Positions 1-9,577 of a DNA stretch of 64,000 bases are shown one piece after another. The position numbers and the translations under genes were made by a program. How positions within the stretch are numbered: position 1 is the first letter of the stretch; every line of letters starts with the position of its first letter. Source of the DNA: Thermodesulfobacteriota bacterium (lineage in GTDB: Bacteria > Desulfobacterota > Desulfobacteria > Desulfobacterales > C00003060). Below the pieces are notes generated by a model. That model was not told the DNA's origin. It did no database searches and worked only from the letters and a program-made list of their open reading frames with translations. The stretch spans positions 1-64,000 of the forward strand of contig JAXHVD010000011.1 of assembly GCA_034189385.1 (NCBI GenBank). Reading direction: 5' to 3'.

Positions 1-2
1 AT

Positions 3-1538
3 CAGAATATCATCAAGAAGGTCTGTGAGTCTGCCTGGGAGGAAATCGTTTGGCTCGAAAGACACGGGATGCACTTTAGCCGAACGGAGAACGGCCGGAT
101 TGCCAAGAGGCCCTTTGGCGGGCACATGCTCAATTTTGGAGAGGTCATTGCCTTTCGGTCCTGCTATGAAGCAGACCGAACCGGCAAGGGGATCATGGAC
201 ACCGTATGGGCCGAATCTCTGAAACACGGGGCTGTGTTCCTAAACCAGAGTGTGGCCACGGAATTGCTTTTCAGAAACGGGCGCTGTGTAGGAGCCGTTG
301 TGTTCATGGAACAAAATGGGAAGTTCGCCGCCATCCTTGCCAAGGCCACTGTCATGGCCACAGGCGGCAAGACCCGGATGTACCAGGTGAGCACCAATTG
401 TAGACAGAATACAGGCGATGGCCTGGCCCTGGTCCTACAGGCAGGGCTGCCGGTCATGGACTTAGAGGCCGTACAGTTTCATCCCACCGGCATCGTGGGC
501 CCGGGCATCCTAGCCAGCGAGGCCCTGCGGGGCGAAGGGGCCATCTTGCGCAACAAGGACGAAGAACCCTTTATGGAACGTTATGCCCCGACGGCCAAGG
601 ATCTTGCTCCAAGGGATCTTGTGTCACGGTGCATCTTGACGGAGATCCGCGAGGGACGGGGACTCGTGCACCCGGACCACAAGCTTCCTCATGTCTGGCT
701 GGACTTGAGACACCTTCCAGAGCACGTTCACAAGACAAAGATCCAGGAGGTGAGTGGGTTTTTTCGCAAGTTTGTGGGCGTAGATCCGCAACGCGAGCTA
801 TGTCCCGTCACCCCAACGGCGCACTATCAAATGGGCGGGGCCCCCACTAACGAGTTCGGCGAGGTCTGTAAGGACCGGCAGCAGATCGTTCCTGGACTCT
901 ATGCCTGTGGGGAATTTGCTGCGGCCAGTCTGCACGGTCACAATCGCCTTGGCACGAATTCGCTCCTTGAGCTCATCACCATGGGCAAAGTCGTGGGGGA
1001 ACGGGTGACGGCCTATATTGACGAAGCTGACGATCCGGGCGATCTTCCTGAAGACACGGGAAACCACGTCTTTGGCCAGTTTTCTGGGTACCTGGAAGCC
1101 CAGGGGGAAGATCGCTATGCTGAGGTCCGTGATGCCCTGCGGGTCCTCATGATGGACAAGGTAGGTGTTTTCCGAGACGAAAAAGGGCTCACCGAGGCGA
1201 TTGAAGGGCTCAAAGAACTGAAAGAGAGGACAACAAAGATAAAGCTCTCCAGCCGGTCTTTGATCATGAACCAGGACCTTATACAACTGTGGGAGCTCGA
1301 TCACCTCCTAGACGTTTCCATGGTCATTGCCCAATCTGCCTTGGCCAGAAAAGAGTCTCGCGGCGGGCACTGTCGTGAAGACTATCCCGAAAGAAGCCCT
1401 GATTTTCACTACCACACCCTTGCCTGCATGAAGGAGTATGGCGATGTGAGACTCGACCAGCGTCCTATTGACATGAGCCTTTTTGAAGCAAAAGGAGAGC
1501 ATTACGAGAGATTTGGGATGATAGAAAGGAAATACTAG
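3..1538 (+). CDS. sdhA: Succinate dehydrogenase/fumarate reductase flavoprotein subunit (5'-partial)
   Basis: Frame is open from position 3 (QNIIKKVCESAWEEIVWLERHGMHFSR). Motifs RPFGG, ATGG, QFHPTG, SEALRGEG, HYQMGG, HGHNRLGTNSL, RKESRGGH, C-terminal ERKY. sdh vs frd direction cannot be determined. Confidence 0.92.
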   Translation, partial: QNIIKKVCESAWEEIVWLERHGMHFSRTENGRIAKRPFGGHMLNFGEVIAFRSCYEADRTGKGIMDTVWAESLKHGAVFLNQSVATELLFRNGRCVGAVVFMEQNGKFAAILAKATVMATGGKTRMYQVSTNCRQNTGDGLALVLQAGLPVMDLEAVQFHPTGIVGPGILASEALRGEGAILRNKDEEPFMERYAPTAKDLAPRDLVSRCILTEIREGRGLVHPDHKLPHVWLDLRHLPEHVHKTKIQEVSGFFRKFVGVDPQRELCPVTPTAHYQMGGAPTNEFGEVCKDRQQIVPGLYACGEFAAASLHGHNRLGTNSLLELITMGKVVGERVTAYIDEADDPGDLPEDTGNHVFGQFSGYLEAQGEDRYAEVRDALRVLMMDKVGVFRDEKGLTEAIEGLKELKERTTKIKLSSRSLIMNQDLIQLWELDHLLDVSMVIAQSALARKESRGGHCREDYPERSPDFHYHTLACMKEYGDVRLDQRPIDMSLFEAKGEHYERFGMIERKY

Positions 1539-1570
1539 GATCCGAGATGTGATTTTGCTGTTCAGATGCC

Positions 1571-1756
1571 GGCGTAAGGCATAAGGCTCAAGGCGTACAG
1601 GAAGGCTTTTCCCGAGAGACCTTTTTGCCTCGCGACCTATGTCCTGCGAATGTATGAGCTTCTGAGAAGCTGGTACAAAGCGTACGGCTCAAGGTGTAAG
1701 GGGATGCCGATCTCCTTGCTGAAAATCCCTGCGCCCTGCGCCTTAGGCCTTGCGCC
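1571..1756. repeat. Degenerate 7-bp tandem repeats in inverted arrangement between sdhA and sdhB
   Basis: ggcgtaaggcataaggctcaaggcgtacagg (1571-1601) and ccctgcgccctgcgccttaggccttgcgcc (1727-1756) are imperfect reverse complements with a 7-nt period. A partial run also lies near 1680-1700. Confidence 0.7.
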
Positions 1757-1798
1757 AGCAATTCTTCCGAGCAGATATCCGCAGGAGAAGAGGAAACC

Positions 1799-2506
1799 AT
1801 GCCACAAGAATATAATATCACTCTTAAGATTAGCCGCTATGATCCGGATACGGGACGCTCCTGGGTGCAGGATTACGACTTGAAGGCCGGCCGCATACTC
1901 CGTTTTGTGGATCTTTTTCGAATGATCAACGATGAACAGGACCCCACCCTGGCATGGAGTTCTTCCTGCGAGCACGGGCAGTGCGGGTCATGCGGCATGA
2001 GGGTCAACGGCAAGCCGGTGCTCACCTGCGAACTGCTCGTATACCAGGCAGTGGAGCTCTTCCAGACCCATATCTTTACGGTGGAACCCCTGACAGTGGC
2101 ACCGGTGATACGGGACCTTGTGGTAGACCTGGAAAAGGCCTATGAACGTGTCCACTCTGTAAAGCCCTACCTTATCGCCCCTGCCCCACCGCACCCTGAG
2201 GGAGGCGAATACCGGATCTCACCTCGTGTGTTAGAGACCTATGTGGAGGCCACGCGATGTATTAATTGCTTTTGCTGCGCCACGGCTTGCGTGACGCAGA
2301 AGAACTACCTTGGGCCAAACGCGTTACTTGCCAATATTGTGCGCATCATGGATCCCCGAGAAACGGCCAAACAGGAAAGGCTGGAGGTTCTCTATAGTGA
2401 GGGAGGAGCGCCCAGGTGCAGAACAGCCCAGGCATGCAGCTTTGTCTGTCCCAAGGAGATCGACATCGCCCATTTTATTGCGCTGGCCAAGGAAGGCGCC
2501 TTTTAA
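1799..2506 (+). CDS. sdhB: Succinate dehydrogenase/fumarate reductase iron-sulfur subunit
   Basis: SCEHGQCGSC...C [2Fe-2S], CINCFCCATAC and CRTAQACSFVCP motifs; PVIRDLVVD; RBS gagg upstream. Confidence 0.92.
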   Translation: MPQEYNITLKISRYDPDTGRSWVQDYDLKAGRILRFVDLFRMINDEQDPTLAWSSSCEHGQCGSCGMRVNGKPVLTCELLVYQAVELFQTHIFTVEPLTVAPVIRDLVVDLEKAYERVHSVKPYLIAPAPPHPEGGEYRISPRVLETYVEATRCINCFCCATACVTQKNYLGPNALLANIVRIMDPRETAKQERLEVLYSEGGAPRCRTAQACSFVCPKEIDIAHFIALAKEGAF

Positions 2507-2674
2507 CGGTTCACCGTCTTCCCTTGGCCGTTCACCGATGAACATAGCTCCGCAAGGGGAAGATATTCGCCGCAGCCATCCACCCAAGCAATCAGACTTC
2601 CACAAAAACTCTAGTGTTCCGGCTCTGTGCTTTCTTGGCAACAAAATCAACTCGGCAAGAAAGAGCCGAAAGCG

Positions 2675-2741
2675 GTCATTCCCCGGCTTGACTGGGGAAC
2701 CCAGAAAAAGAACTGGATGCCGGATCAAGTCCGGCACGACG
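2675..2741. repeat. REP-like palindromic element (GTCATT...GGATGCCGGATCAAGTCCGGCAyGAC type)
   Basis: gtcattccccggcttgactggggaacccag...ctggatgccggatcaagtccggcacgac forms two hairpins. A degenerate reverse-complement half occurs at about 30232-30257. Confidence 0.7.
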
Positions 2742-2878
2742 AAAATTGCAGAGCCATCGTGGAGGCACTGCCCTAGGCGAAGGGCAACTCGTTCCGAAAT
2801 AGACTGAAGACGTCCATGTTACCCCGGTCACTACGGACAACGGATAATCGTGAACGGCGAACGGTTACCCTTCTTTTC

Positions 2879-5107
2879 TTACGTGGTAAGGTCTGCCTCT
2901 CCTGACGAGTAAATCAGCAGCGTTGTAGGAAGCCCTTGTGTGAGCGCACTGTATCGCTTAGGCAAGGACTGCATGTCTGCTCCATCGGGTACTTGGAAGC
3001 CAAGAAAGACCACAGCAGCATCGTGAGAGTAGGCTTTTAATACCTCCTCAAAGGGTTGCTCTGACACCACGACCTCTACATCTGCAGGGATGCGAGCCAC
3101 GCTGCATAGTGCGTCCAGTGCCCGGGTGGCCGCTGCCCTGCCCGCTTCTTTTACCACCACTCGCAGGATACGGATGCGGGCATTTGTCCACTCCCCATTC
3201 AGGGTGAGCAGATAGGCCAATATGAGCATGAGGGAGCCATTCTGCAGTCCACGCCACCAAACATCTATTCGCTTCGATGGACGTACCCACGGAAGCTCGC
3301 GATCTAAGACGCAGACAATGCTCATGCCCAGGGCTTGGGCAGAGCGAAGAAGCTGTGTAAAGGGGCCCAAACGCTCAGGATCGCCCGGCCAGCCCAAGAG
3401 CATGATATTCGGCTTAATAGGCCCGATGGAGTGGCCTTGAAGCAGCACAATGGCCCCCTGGTCAAAATCGGGTGCGACAACCACTTCTGGGAAAGCTGCC
3501 ACGTCGTGCTCTTCAATGAAGGCCTGAAGTCTTCTTAGCGCTGCTTCACGCAACTGCGCCATGTCTTCAAGGTGTCCCGTAAAGATCTCCGCAAGGGTGA
3601 CAAGCCCCCGTTGACTTGCAAGCCACAGCGCGTAACGGACAAGGGCCAGTCGCGTCTCTGGGTTGCCCGAAAGGACCAGAACCGTAGGACGCCAGTTCTT
3701 GGCATCTGCGGGCCGGCCCGCTAGCCGAAGCAGTTCATTTCGCACCCGTGTGTAGTGGAACCCCCGACGGGCATCCCCAAAGGCCATGGAGAGCACGCGC
3801 CGACTCACGTGAAAGAAGATGGCTCCAATAATCACCACAGCGACGAGTGCAGCCTTTGGGTTGATCATCATGGCTGTGGCACTGCAACCCAATGCCCCCA
3901 AAAGGGCTGTTGCCCAATGAAAATACCTGAAACGGGGGCGAAAGGAAGGGTTTGCCGTTACAGATTCCACGAAAGCTGCCACGTTGATGATGCCATAGGT
4001 GTAGAGGAAGAACATGGTAATCACGGCTGCCACCGTATTTAATGCACCACCTCCCACGTCGTTGCCTACATGGAGGAGCGTAGCAATGGTGATCCCAAAG
4101 GTCACACAAAGGGCACGACGGGGTTCATTTCCCTTGTGCGCCCCCTTTGCGAATAGATCTAGAAATGTAAAGATGTGGTCCCGTGCCAGTGCCTGGAGGA
4201 TACGGGGGGCCCCCAGGAGTGAACCGATGGCGCTGGAAAGGGTAGCTGCAAAAACGCCGGCAATGACCATAAAACCCAAACCGAACAAGGCGTTTTCAAA
4301 CAAGACCTGAAAGGGGGTGCCCGTCAACTGCTCACGGCTATAGGCCCCTCCACAGATGAGGATCTGCACCACGTAGACCACGACCCCGGCACCGACGGCC
4401 GTGAGCGTGCCAAGGGGAATGGATCGAGCAGGATCCTTGAGGTCGCCTGACATGTTCACCCCGGCCATGATCCCTGTGACAGCAGGAAAATAGATGGCAA
4501 AAATGACCCAGAAGTCATAGTGCTCCGAGCTGTAATGCTGACCAAGATTTGATGCAAAGGTCGTAGTGTTCCACGCACCAAGGGCGCCGGCAAGAAAAGT
4601 GAAAATCGACAGGGCCATGACGGCAAGGATGACGTACTGCACCCGGATAGCCCAATCGGCACCAATGTAGGCAATGACAAAAAGCACCACGGCTGTGAAA
4701 AGGGTGATGAACAAAAAGTGGCCCTCAAGGATTGGAATGCTCCGCACAAGGGCCTCCACAAAGCCCAGAATGTAAAATGGGACAGAGAGGGCCTGGGCAA
4801 GAAAGAGGGTAAGTCCAATGGCCCCTCCGAATTCAGGCCCCAAAGAGCGGGAAATCAGGAAATAGGCGCCACCACCCCTTACTCGGCTGTTCGTGGAGAT
4901 GGCGCTCAGGGAGAGTCCTGTAAAAAGCGTAATGGACTTTCCGATGGCCAAAATAAGGAGTGCCGCGACGATACCCCCCTGCCCCACCACAAAGTTGGCG
5001 CGCATAAACAGGATCACGCCCAAGATGGTAAGGATAGAAGGGGTGAACACCCCGCCAAAGGTGCCGAACTGGTGCACCCTATTCTTGTGCCCTTTTTCCC
5101 GATTCAT
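2879..5107 (-). CDS. Cation-chloride cotransporter (SLC12/CCC-like amino acid permease family)
   Basis: FGTFGGVFTPSILTILGVILFMR, GGGAYFLISRSLGPEFGGAIG, FAIYFPAVTGIMAGVNMSGDL, PSFRPRFRY, KNWRP and IDVWW motifs; many TM helices plus a cytoplasmic C-terminal domain. Confidence 0.9.
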   Translation of the reverse strand: MNREKGHKNRVHQFGTFGGVFTPSILTILGVILFMRANFVVGQGGIVAALLILAIGKSITLFTGLSLSAISTNSRVRGGGAYFLISRSLGPEFGGAIGLTLFLAQALSVPFYILGFVEALVRSIPILEGHFLFITLFTAVVLFVIAYIGADWAIRVQYVILAVMALSIFTFLAGALGAWNTTTFASNLGQHYSSEHYDFWVIFAIYFPAVTGIMAGVNMSGDLKDPARSIPLGTLTAVGAGVVVYVVQILICGGAYSREQLTGTPFQVLFENALFGLGFMVIAGVFAATLSSAIGSLLGAPRILQALARDHIFTFLDLFAKGAHKGNEPRRALCVTFGITIATLLHVGNDVGGGALNTVAAVITMFFLYTYGIINVAAFVESVTANPSFRPRFRYFHWATALLGALGCSATAMMINPKAALVAVVIIGAIFFHVSRRVLSMAFGDARRGFHYTRVRNELLRLAGRPADAKNWRPTVLVLSGNPETRLALVRYALWLASQRGLVTLAEIFTGHLEDMAQLREAALRRLQAFIEEHDVAAFPEVVVAPDFDQGAIVLLQGHSIGPIKPNIMLLGWPGDPERLGPFTQLLRSAQALGMSIVCVLDRELPWVRPSKRIDVWWRGLQNGSLMLILAYLLTLNGEWTNARIRILRVVVKEAGRAAATRALDALCSVARIPADVEVVVSEQPFEEVLKAYSHDAAVVFLGFQVPDGADMQSLPKRYSALTQGLPTTLLIYSSGEADLTT

Positions 5108-5461
5108 CTGGGTCTCTCGCTTGGCGCCAGCCTACTTGCTGCCGCCACCCTTTTCAAGCTCAAACGAAACGCCCCCAGCAACCTGCAGAGGGTCAAGCAA
5201 AGGAGAGGGTTGGGTGTGATGTACAGGTGCCAGGAGACCTTGTGGAAGGAATTCTCAATGGAAACCGAAAAATGGGAGTGCAAAGGCTTTCTTAGTCAAA
5301 TATCAGGAGGTTAATAAACAGCCCCCTTCTTGCCTTCAGAACGGCAGGCCTCGGAAGGTCTAAAGAGAGAGTGTGTAATAGTCTACCAACTACATGCGCA
5401 ATGATTTGCCAATATGTGGAAAAAAATTACACAGAAAATGTGGGGCTTACAGGGGGAGGCC

Positions 5462-5836
5462 TTAAGAGGCGACCCCCACAGTATGGGTGTCTAGAAAATG
5501 GCTCAATTGAGCGCTCTTGTCCTCGGGAAGTTCTTTAAACTCGACCCCGCACTGCTTGGTTAGAAAGGGTTGAAAAAAGATGCGATGCACGTCAGACCGT
5601 TGTACCGGGATGTCGTAAATCACCTTGCATGGCACCTTTGGCAAATGGAAGTCCTTGCCCGACACAAAGACATCTAACTGGGAATGGTCTTCGTCGCTCT
5701 CGCCATTAGTGATATACTCGAAAGCCAGACCTCCGGTGCTGATGTTCTTGACTCTGCCCACCCTGGTAAATCTGGACCCCAGGGCAGCAAATGCGTTATC
5801 CTGGGCTAATAACCTGATATGCTTTCTTTTTTCCAT
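5462..5836 (-). CDS. Stand-alone PilZ domain protein (c-di-GMP receptor)
   Basis: RKHIR (RxxxR) and NISTGG (D/NxSxxG) motifs; CGVEF near the C-terminus. Confidence 0.85.
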   Translation of the reverse strand: MEKRKHIRLLAQDNAFAALGSRFTRVGRVKNISTGGLAFEYITNGESDEDHSQLDVFVSGKDFHLPKVPCKVIYDIPVQRSDVHRIFFQPFLTKQCGVEFKELPEDKSAQLSHFLDTHTVGVAS

Positions 5837-5911
5837 TCGCTATGGGTTTCAGCTCCTATGGAATTGTTTGGAAATCGGCGCACTGTTTGCCACTGTTCTC
5901 GCATGTCTTTT

Positions 5912-5927
5912 TGCAAGCAGTGTGCCA
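5912..5927 (-). promoter_or_regulatory. Sigma54 -24/-12 promoter for the PilZ gene
   Basis: Minus strand TGGCACACTGCTTGCA, with GG-N10-GC, about 75 bp upstream of the ATG. Confidence 0.8.
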
Positions 5928-5982
5928 CCCTATCTGCCCTGCAAAAGATACCGGGAGGAGCGGACAAATAGAGATGTAACCG

Positions 5983-6025
5983 TTCTACGGTCACTGTTCT
6001 CCGTTTGTCCGGAGTGACCGTAGAA
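5983..6025. promoter_or_regulatory. Perfect 13-bp inverted repeat in the divergent pilZ/sat intergenic region
   Basis: ttctacggtcact (5983-5995) and agtgaccgtagaa (6013-6025), with a 17-nt spacer. Function unknown. Confidence 0.5.
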
Positions 6026-6126
6026 ACGGAAAACGGCGAACTTTTACGTTGACATTACTTTGATTTTGTAGAATATCCAGCGACCGAGAGTGCTCTAAAC
6101 TTTTATAGTCTGGACTATTTCAGATA

Positions 6127-7857
6127 GTGTCACAAGGCCCCATGGCCCGCATGAAGCCAACACATGATTATTCCGAAAGCCTTCTTGTCCATTTCAGACG
6201 GATCGAGAGTCTGAAAGAGGCCGCTATTGGCTATCCCTCCATCCTCCTAAACAAGAGACAGCTTTGCGACCTTGAACTTCTTTTGAACCGGGCCTTCTAT
6301 CCCCTTCAGGGTTATTTGAATCACGAAAACCATGAATCGGTTCTGGACAGGATGCGCCTTTCCGATGGAACGGTGTGGCCTATTCCCGTCAGCCTCGATG
6401 TAAACGATGAAGTGGCTTCATCCCTGGAAAAGGGCCAGCCCCTAGCCCTCAGAGACGAAGAAGGTTTTATGCTGGCCGTACTCACCGTCACGGATTTCTG
6501 GAAATCGGACAAGAAGAGGGAGGCCCAAGCCGTATTCGGCACCGAGGACCCTGAAAAACACCCTGGGGTGAGAAATCTCTACGAACATGTGGGGCCCTGG
6601 TACGTGGGAGGGTCGCTTGAAGGGCTTCATCTTCCCTTACATTACGATTTCAAAGAGTTGAGGCTGACCCCAGCGGAAACCCATAGGCAGTTTTCACAAA
6701 ATGGATGGCGCCACGTCATCGGCTTCCAGACGGAAAAACACCTTCACTGCGCTCACAAGGAGATGACACTCAGGGCCGCCCGCAGGGCCGGTGCCAGCAT
6801 CCTGCTCCAACCCGTCGTGGGGCTTACCCATCCAGGAGATCTGGACCACTACACTCAGGTGCGCTGCTACCAACAAATCGTGAAGAAATACCCCAAGAAT
6901 ATGATCATGCTCGGCCTGATTCCCCTGGCCATGCGCAGAGCAGGCCCCCGGGAAGCCCTGTGGCAGGCCATCATCCGGAAAAACTACGGGTGCAGCCACT
7001 TCATGGTGGCCGAGGATCACGGGGACCCCTTCGTCAGTAACGGTGAGGGAGGCAGATTCTATCCCCGCTATACTGCCCAAGAGATGGTGCAGGAGTATGA
7101 GGAAGAGACTGGGATAACCATGGTTCCTTTGAAGAAGATGGTCTACGTGGAGGACAAGGCCGAGTACATTCCGGAAGACGAGGTGGAGCCAGACATGAAT
7201 GTAAAACACATCTCTTCCAGCGAGCTCAGGCGGAGGCTGGAAAACGGCCTGGAGATACCGGAATGGTTTTCCTTCCCAGAGGTTGTGGCCGAGCTAAGAC
7301 AAGCCTATCCACCACGATCGAAGCAGGGATTCACCATCTTCATCACAGGGCTCTCGGGCGCAGGAAAGTCCACCCTGGCCAAGGTCCTCATGGTGAAATT
7401 TATGGAGATACGCGACAGACCGGTGACCCTCCTAGACGGGGACATCGTAAGAAGGAATCTTTCAAGTGAGTTGACTTTTTCTAAGGAGCACAGGAATCTC
7501 AACATTATCCGCATCGGCTTTGTGGCAAGCGAGATTACCAAAAATGGGGGAATCGCCATTTGTGCTCCCATTGCCCCCTACGAGGAATCAAGACGGCACA
7601 ACCGTGAGCTCATCAGCAACTGCGGTGGTTATATCGAGGTCTACCTGGCCACCCCCTTTGAAGTGTGCGAGCAACGAGACCGCAAGGGGCTCTATGCCAG
7701 GGCCAAGGCGGGAAAAATGAAGGGGGTCACGGGAGTGGACGATCCGTATATCCCGCCCTCTGATCCGGAAATCACCATAGACACGACAGATGTCACTCCA
7801 GACGAAGCCGCCCAAGAGGTCTTGCTCTATCTCGAAGAGCAGGGATATCTGCGATGA
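6127..7857 (+). CDS. Bifunctional sulfate adenylyltransferase / APS kinase fusion (sulfurylase motifs degenerate)
   Basis: N-terminal ATP sulfurylase domain (CDLELLL, MRLSDG, AGPREALWQAIIRKNYGCSHF). C-terminal CysC domain (GLSGAGKST, LLDGD, RDRKGLY, TGVDDPY). Start uncertain (6127, 6142 or 6151). Confidence 0.9.
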   Translation: MSQGPMARMKPTHDYSESLLVHFRRIESLKEAAIGYPSILLNKRQLCDLELLLNRAFYPLQGYLNHENHESVLDRMRLSDGTVWPIPVSLDVNDEVASSLEKGQPLALRDEEGFMLAVLTVTDFWKSDKKREAQAVFGTEDPEKHPGVRNLYEHVGPWYVGGSLEGLHLPLHYDFKELRLTPAETHRQFSQNGWRHVIGFQTEKHLHCAHKEMTLRAARRAGASILLQPVVGLTHPGDLDHYTQVRCYQQIVKKYPKNMIMLGLIPLAMRRAGPREALWQAIIRKNYGCSHFMVAEDHGDPFVSNGEGGRFYPRYTAQEMVQEYEEETGITMVPLKKMVYVEDKAEYIPEDEVEPDMNVKHISSSELRRRLENGLEIPEWFSFPEVVAELRQAYPPRSKQGFTIFITGLSGAGKSTLAKVLMVKFMEIRDRPVTLLDGDIVRRNLSSELTFSKEHRNLNIIRIGFVASEITKNGGIAICAPIAPYEESRRHNRELISNCGGYIEVYLATPFEVCEQRDRKGLYARAKAGKMKGVTGVDDPYIPPSDPEITIDTTDVTPDEAAQEVLLYLEEQGYLR

Positions 7858-7919
7858 TGGACAGCCCGTGCCTTCTAGTCCACGCCCGTAATCAAGGGAC
7901 AATCGTCGCAAGCCCATCA

Positions 7920-7972
7920 ATTGAAGCTCCCCGCAGCAAGCTCCAGGGAATGTGTTCCCATTGCCAGTTCAA
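7920..7972 (+). repeat. Short copy of the ATTGAA..TTCAA palindromic MITE-like repeat
   Basis: attgaagctccccgcagcaagctccagggaatgtgttcccattgccagttcaa matches both ends of the full copy at 17418-17538. Confidence 0.65.
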
Positions 7973-8047
7973 CGGTCTTGGCGTGACAGGGCTTCAATGA
8001 GACAACAACGTCTCACCATCCTGCTGAGGCGCATCTGAGGAAGCAAC

Positions 8048-9061
8048 ATGCACATTCTTGTTACAGGGGCAGCCGGCTTCATCGGATTCCATGTAAGCAG
8101 ACGTCTTCTGGAGGAAGGCCATGAGGTAACCGGCCTAGACAACCTAAACGCCTACTATGATGTCCAGCTCAAAGAGGATCGCCTTAAGCAATTGACCCCT
8201 TTTGAGCTGTTTTCCTTTTGCCGTTTAGACCTGGGCGACCGAAGGGGGATGGAAGCGCTCTTTGCCAGCCATCGATTTCATCGTGTGATCCACTTGGCCG
8301 CCCAGGCCGGGGTGAGATATAGCCTGATCAATCCCCATGAATACGTTGACAGCAACGTGAAGGGGTTTCTTCATATCTTGGAAGGGTGTCGGCACACCAA
8401 AGTTCCCCACCTGGTCTTTGCTTCAAGCAGTTCGGTCTACGGTTTGAACACCAAGATGCCTTTTTCCATCCACGATAACGTGGACCACCCCGTCAGTCTC
8501 TACGCTGCCACAAAGAAGGCCAACGAACTCATGGCCCACACGTACAGCCACCTTTACGGCCTGCCCACAACAGGGCTGCGCTTCTTTACGGTCTACGGCC
8601 CGTGGGGGCGTCCCGACATGGCCCTTTTTCTCTTCACCGAGGCCATTGTCAAAGGAAAACCCATACAGGTCTTCAACCACGGGAAGATGGAAAGAGATTT
8701 TACTTACATAGACGACATTGTTGAGGGTGTGGTGCGGGTCATGGACGATCTCCCCCAGCCCGATCCAATGTGGAGTGGGAAAGCGCCTGATCCAGGGTCA
8801 AGTCCTGCACCTTACCGCCTTTACAATATCGGCAACAACAGCCCTGTCCAGCTTATGGACTTCATTCGCACCATTGAGGCGGCACTGGGCAAGGAAGCCA
8901 GAAAGGAATTCATGCCCATGCAACCGGGAGACGTCCCTGCCACCTATGCTGATGTGGAAGACCTCACCCAGGCCGTGGGCTTTAAGCCTTACACGCCCTT
9001 GAGCGATGGGATTGGCCATTTCACAGCTTGGTACCTTGAGTATTACGCCCAACGCCATTAG
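8048..9061 (+). CDS. NAD-dependent epimerase, UDP-glucuronate 4-epimerase type
   Basis: [44 protein letters not shown]. Confidence 0.93.
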   Translation: MHILVTGAAGFIGFHVSRRLLEEGHEVTGLDNLNAYYDVQLKEDRLKQLTPFELFSFCRLDLGDRRGMEALFASHRFHRVIHLAAQAGVRYSLINPHEYVDSNVKGFLHILEGCRHTKVPHLVFASSSSVYGLNTKMPFSIHDNVDHPVSLYAATKKANELMAHTYSHLYGLPTTGLRFFTVYGPWGRPDMALFLFTEAIVKGKPIQVFNHGKMERDFTYIDDIVEGVVRVMDDLPQPDPMWSGKAPDPGSSPAPYRLYNIGNNSPVQLMDFIRTIEAALGKEARKEFMPMQPGDVPATYADVEDLTQAVGFKPYTPLSDGIGHFTAWYLEYYAQRH

Positions 9062-9118
9062 TCACCTCAACCTGTCGTCCTGTAATGCCAGGGGGTATTC
9101 ATGCGAGGGGTCCTCCTC

Positions 9119-9157
9119 TTGAAGCTTACGGGCAATGCGCTCGCCTATGCGGTTCAA
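9119..9157 (+). repeat. Internally deleted copy of the same MITE-like repeat
   Basis: ttgaagct...aatgcgctcgcctatgcggttcaa matches the right end of 17418-17538. Confidence 0.6.
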
Positions 9158-9219
9158 ACCAGATCCCACGAAAGACCGCTCGGGGATCCAGCAATGATAC
9201 TTGCGCACGCCTGCTTCTG

Positions 9220-9465
9220 CTACAGGCGAGGATCAACGTGTCCCGGTCCCCCACATTCAGGGGTGTAGCAGGTTACATTTAAAAAATCACATTTTTCTCC
9301 ACAGTCCGGGCAAGTATCTGGCGGCGTTCCAGCCGTAATTAGAAAACCGCACTTGGCGCATTTCCAGTAGGTCAGGTTGCACTGGGGACAGATATCTCCT
9401 ACAAACCTTCCATCAGCCGTGTAACCACAGTGGGCGCACACCCAGTTGCCTTGTTTCTCTGCCAT
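9220..9465 (-). CDS. Small Cys-rich protein with two tandem rubredoxin-like/zinc-ribbon domains
   Basis: WVCAHCGY..CPQC then WKCAKCGF..CPDC, followed by the tail CDFLNVTCYTPECGGPG; strong RBS (ggagggag). Confidence 0.8.
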   Translation of the reverse strand: MAEKQGNWVCAHCGYTADGRFVGDICPQCNLTYWKCAKCGFLITAGTPPDTCPDCGEKCDFLNVTCYTPECGGPGHVDPRL

Positions 9466-9577
9466 TTTCTCTCCCTCCTTTTTATGATATCTCTACCCAT
9501 CCAGTGGGTTATCAGACCCCATTTAAACGGTGTTGTCACAACCCTATCTATCTGTTGTCTGACCTTCACCTTTACAT

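Noticed and set aside
5398..5412. Sigma54-like TTGGCAAATCATTGC upstream of the CCC gene
   Set aside because: GG-to-GC spacing is 9 rather than the required 10.
6049..6074. TTGACA...TAGAAT promoter for sat-cysC
   Set aside because: Spacer is only 14 bp, so the -10 assignment is not supportable.
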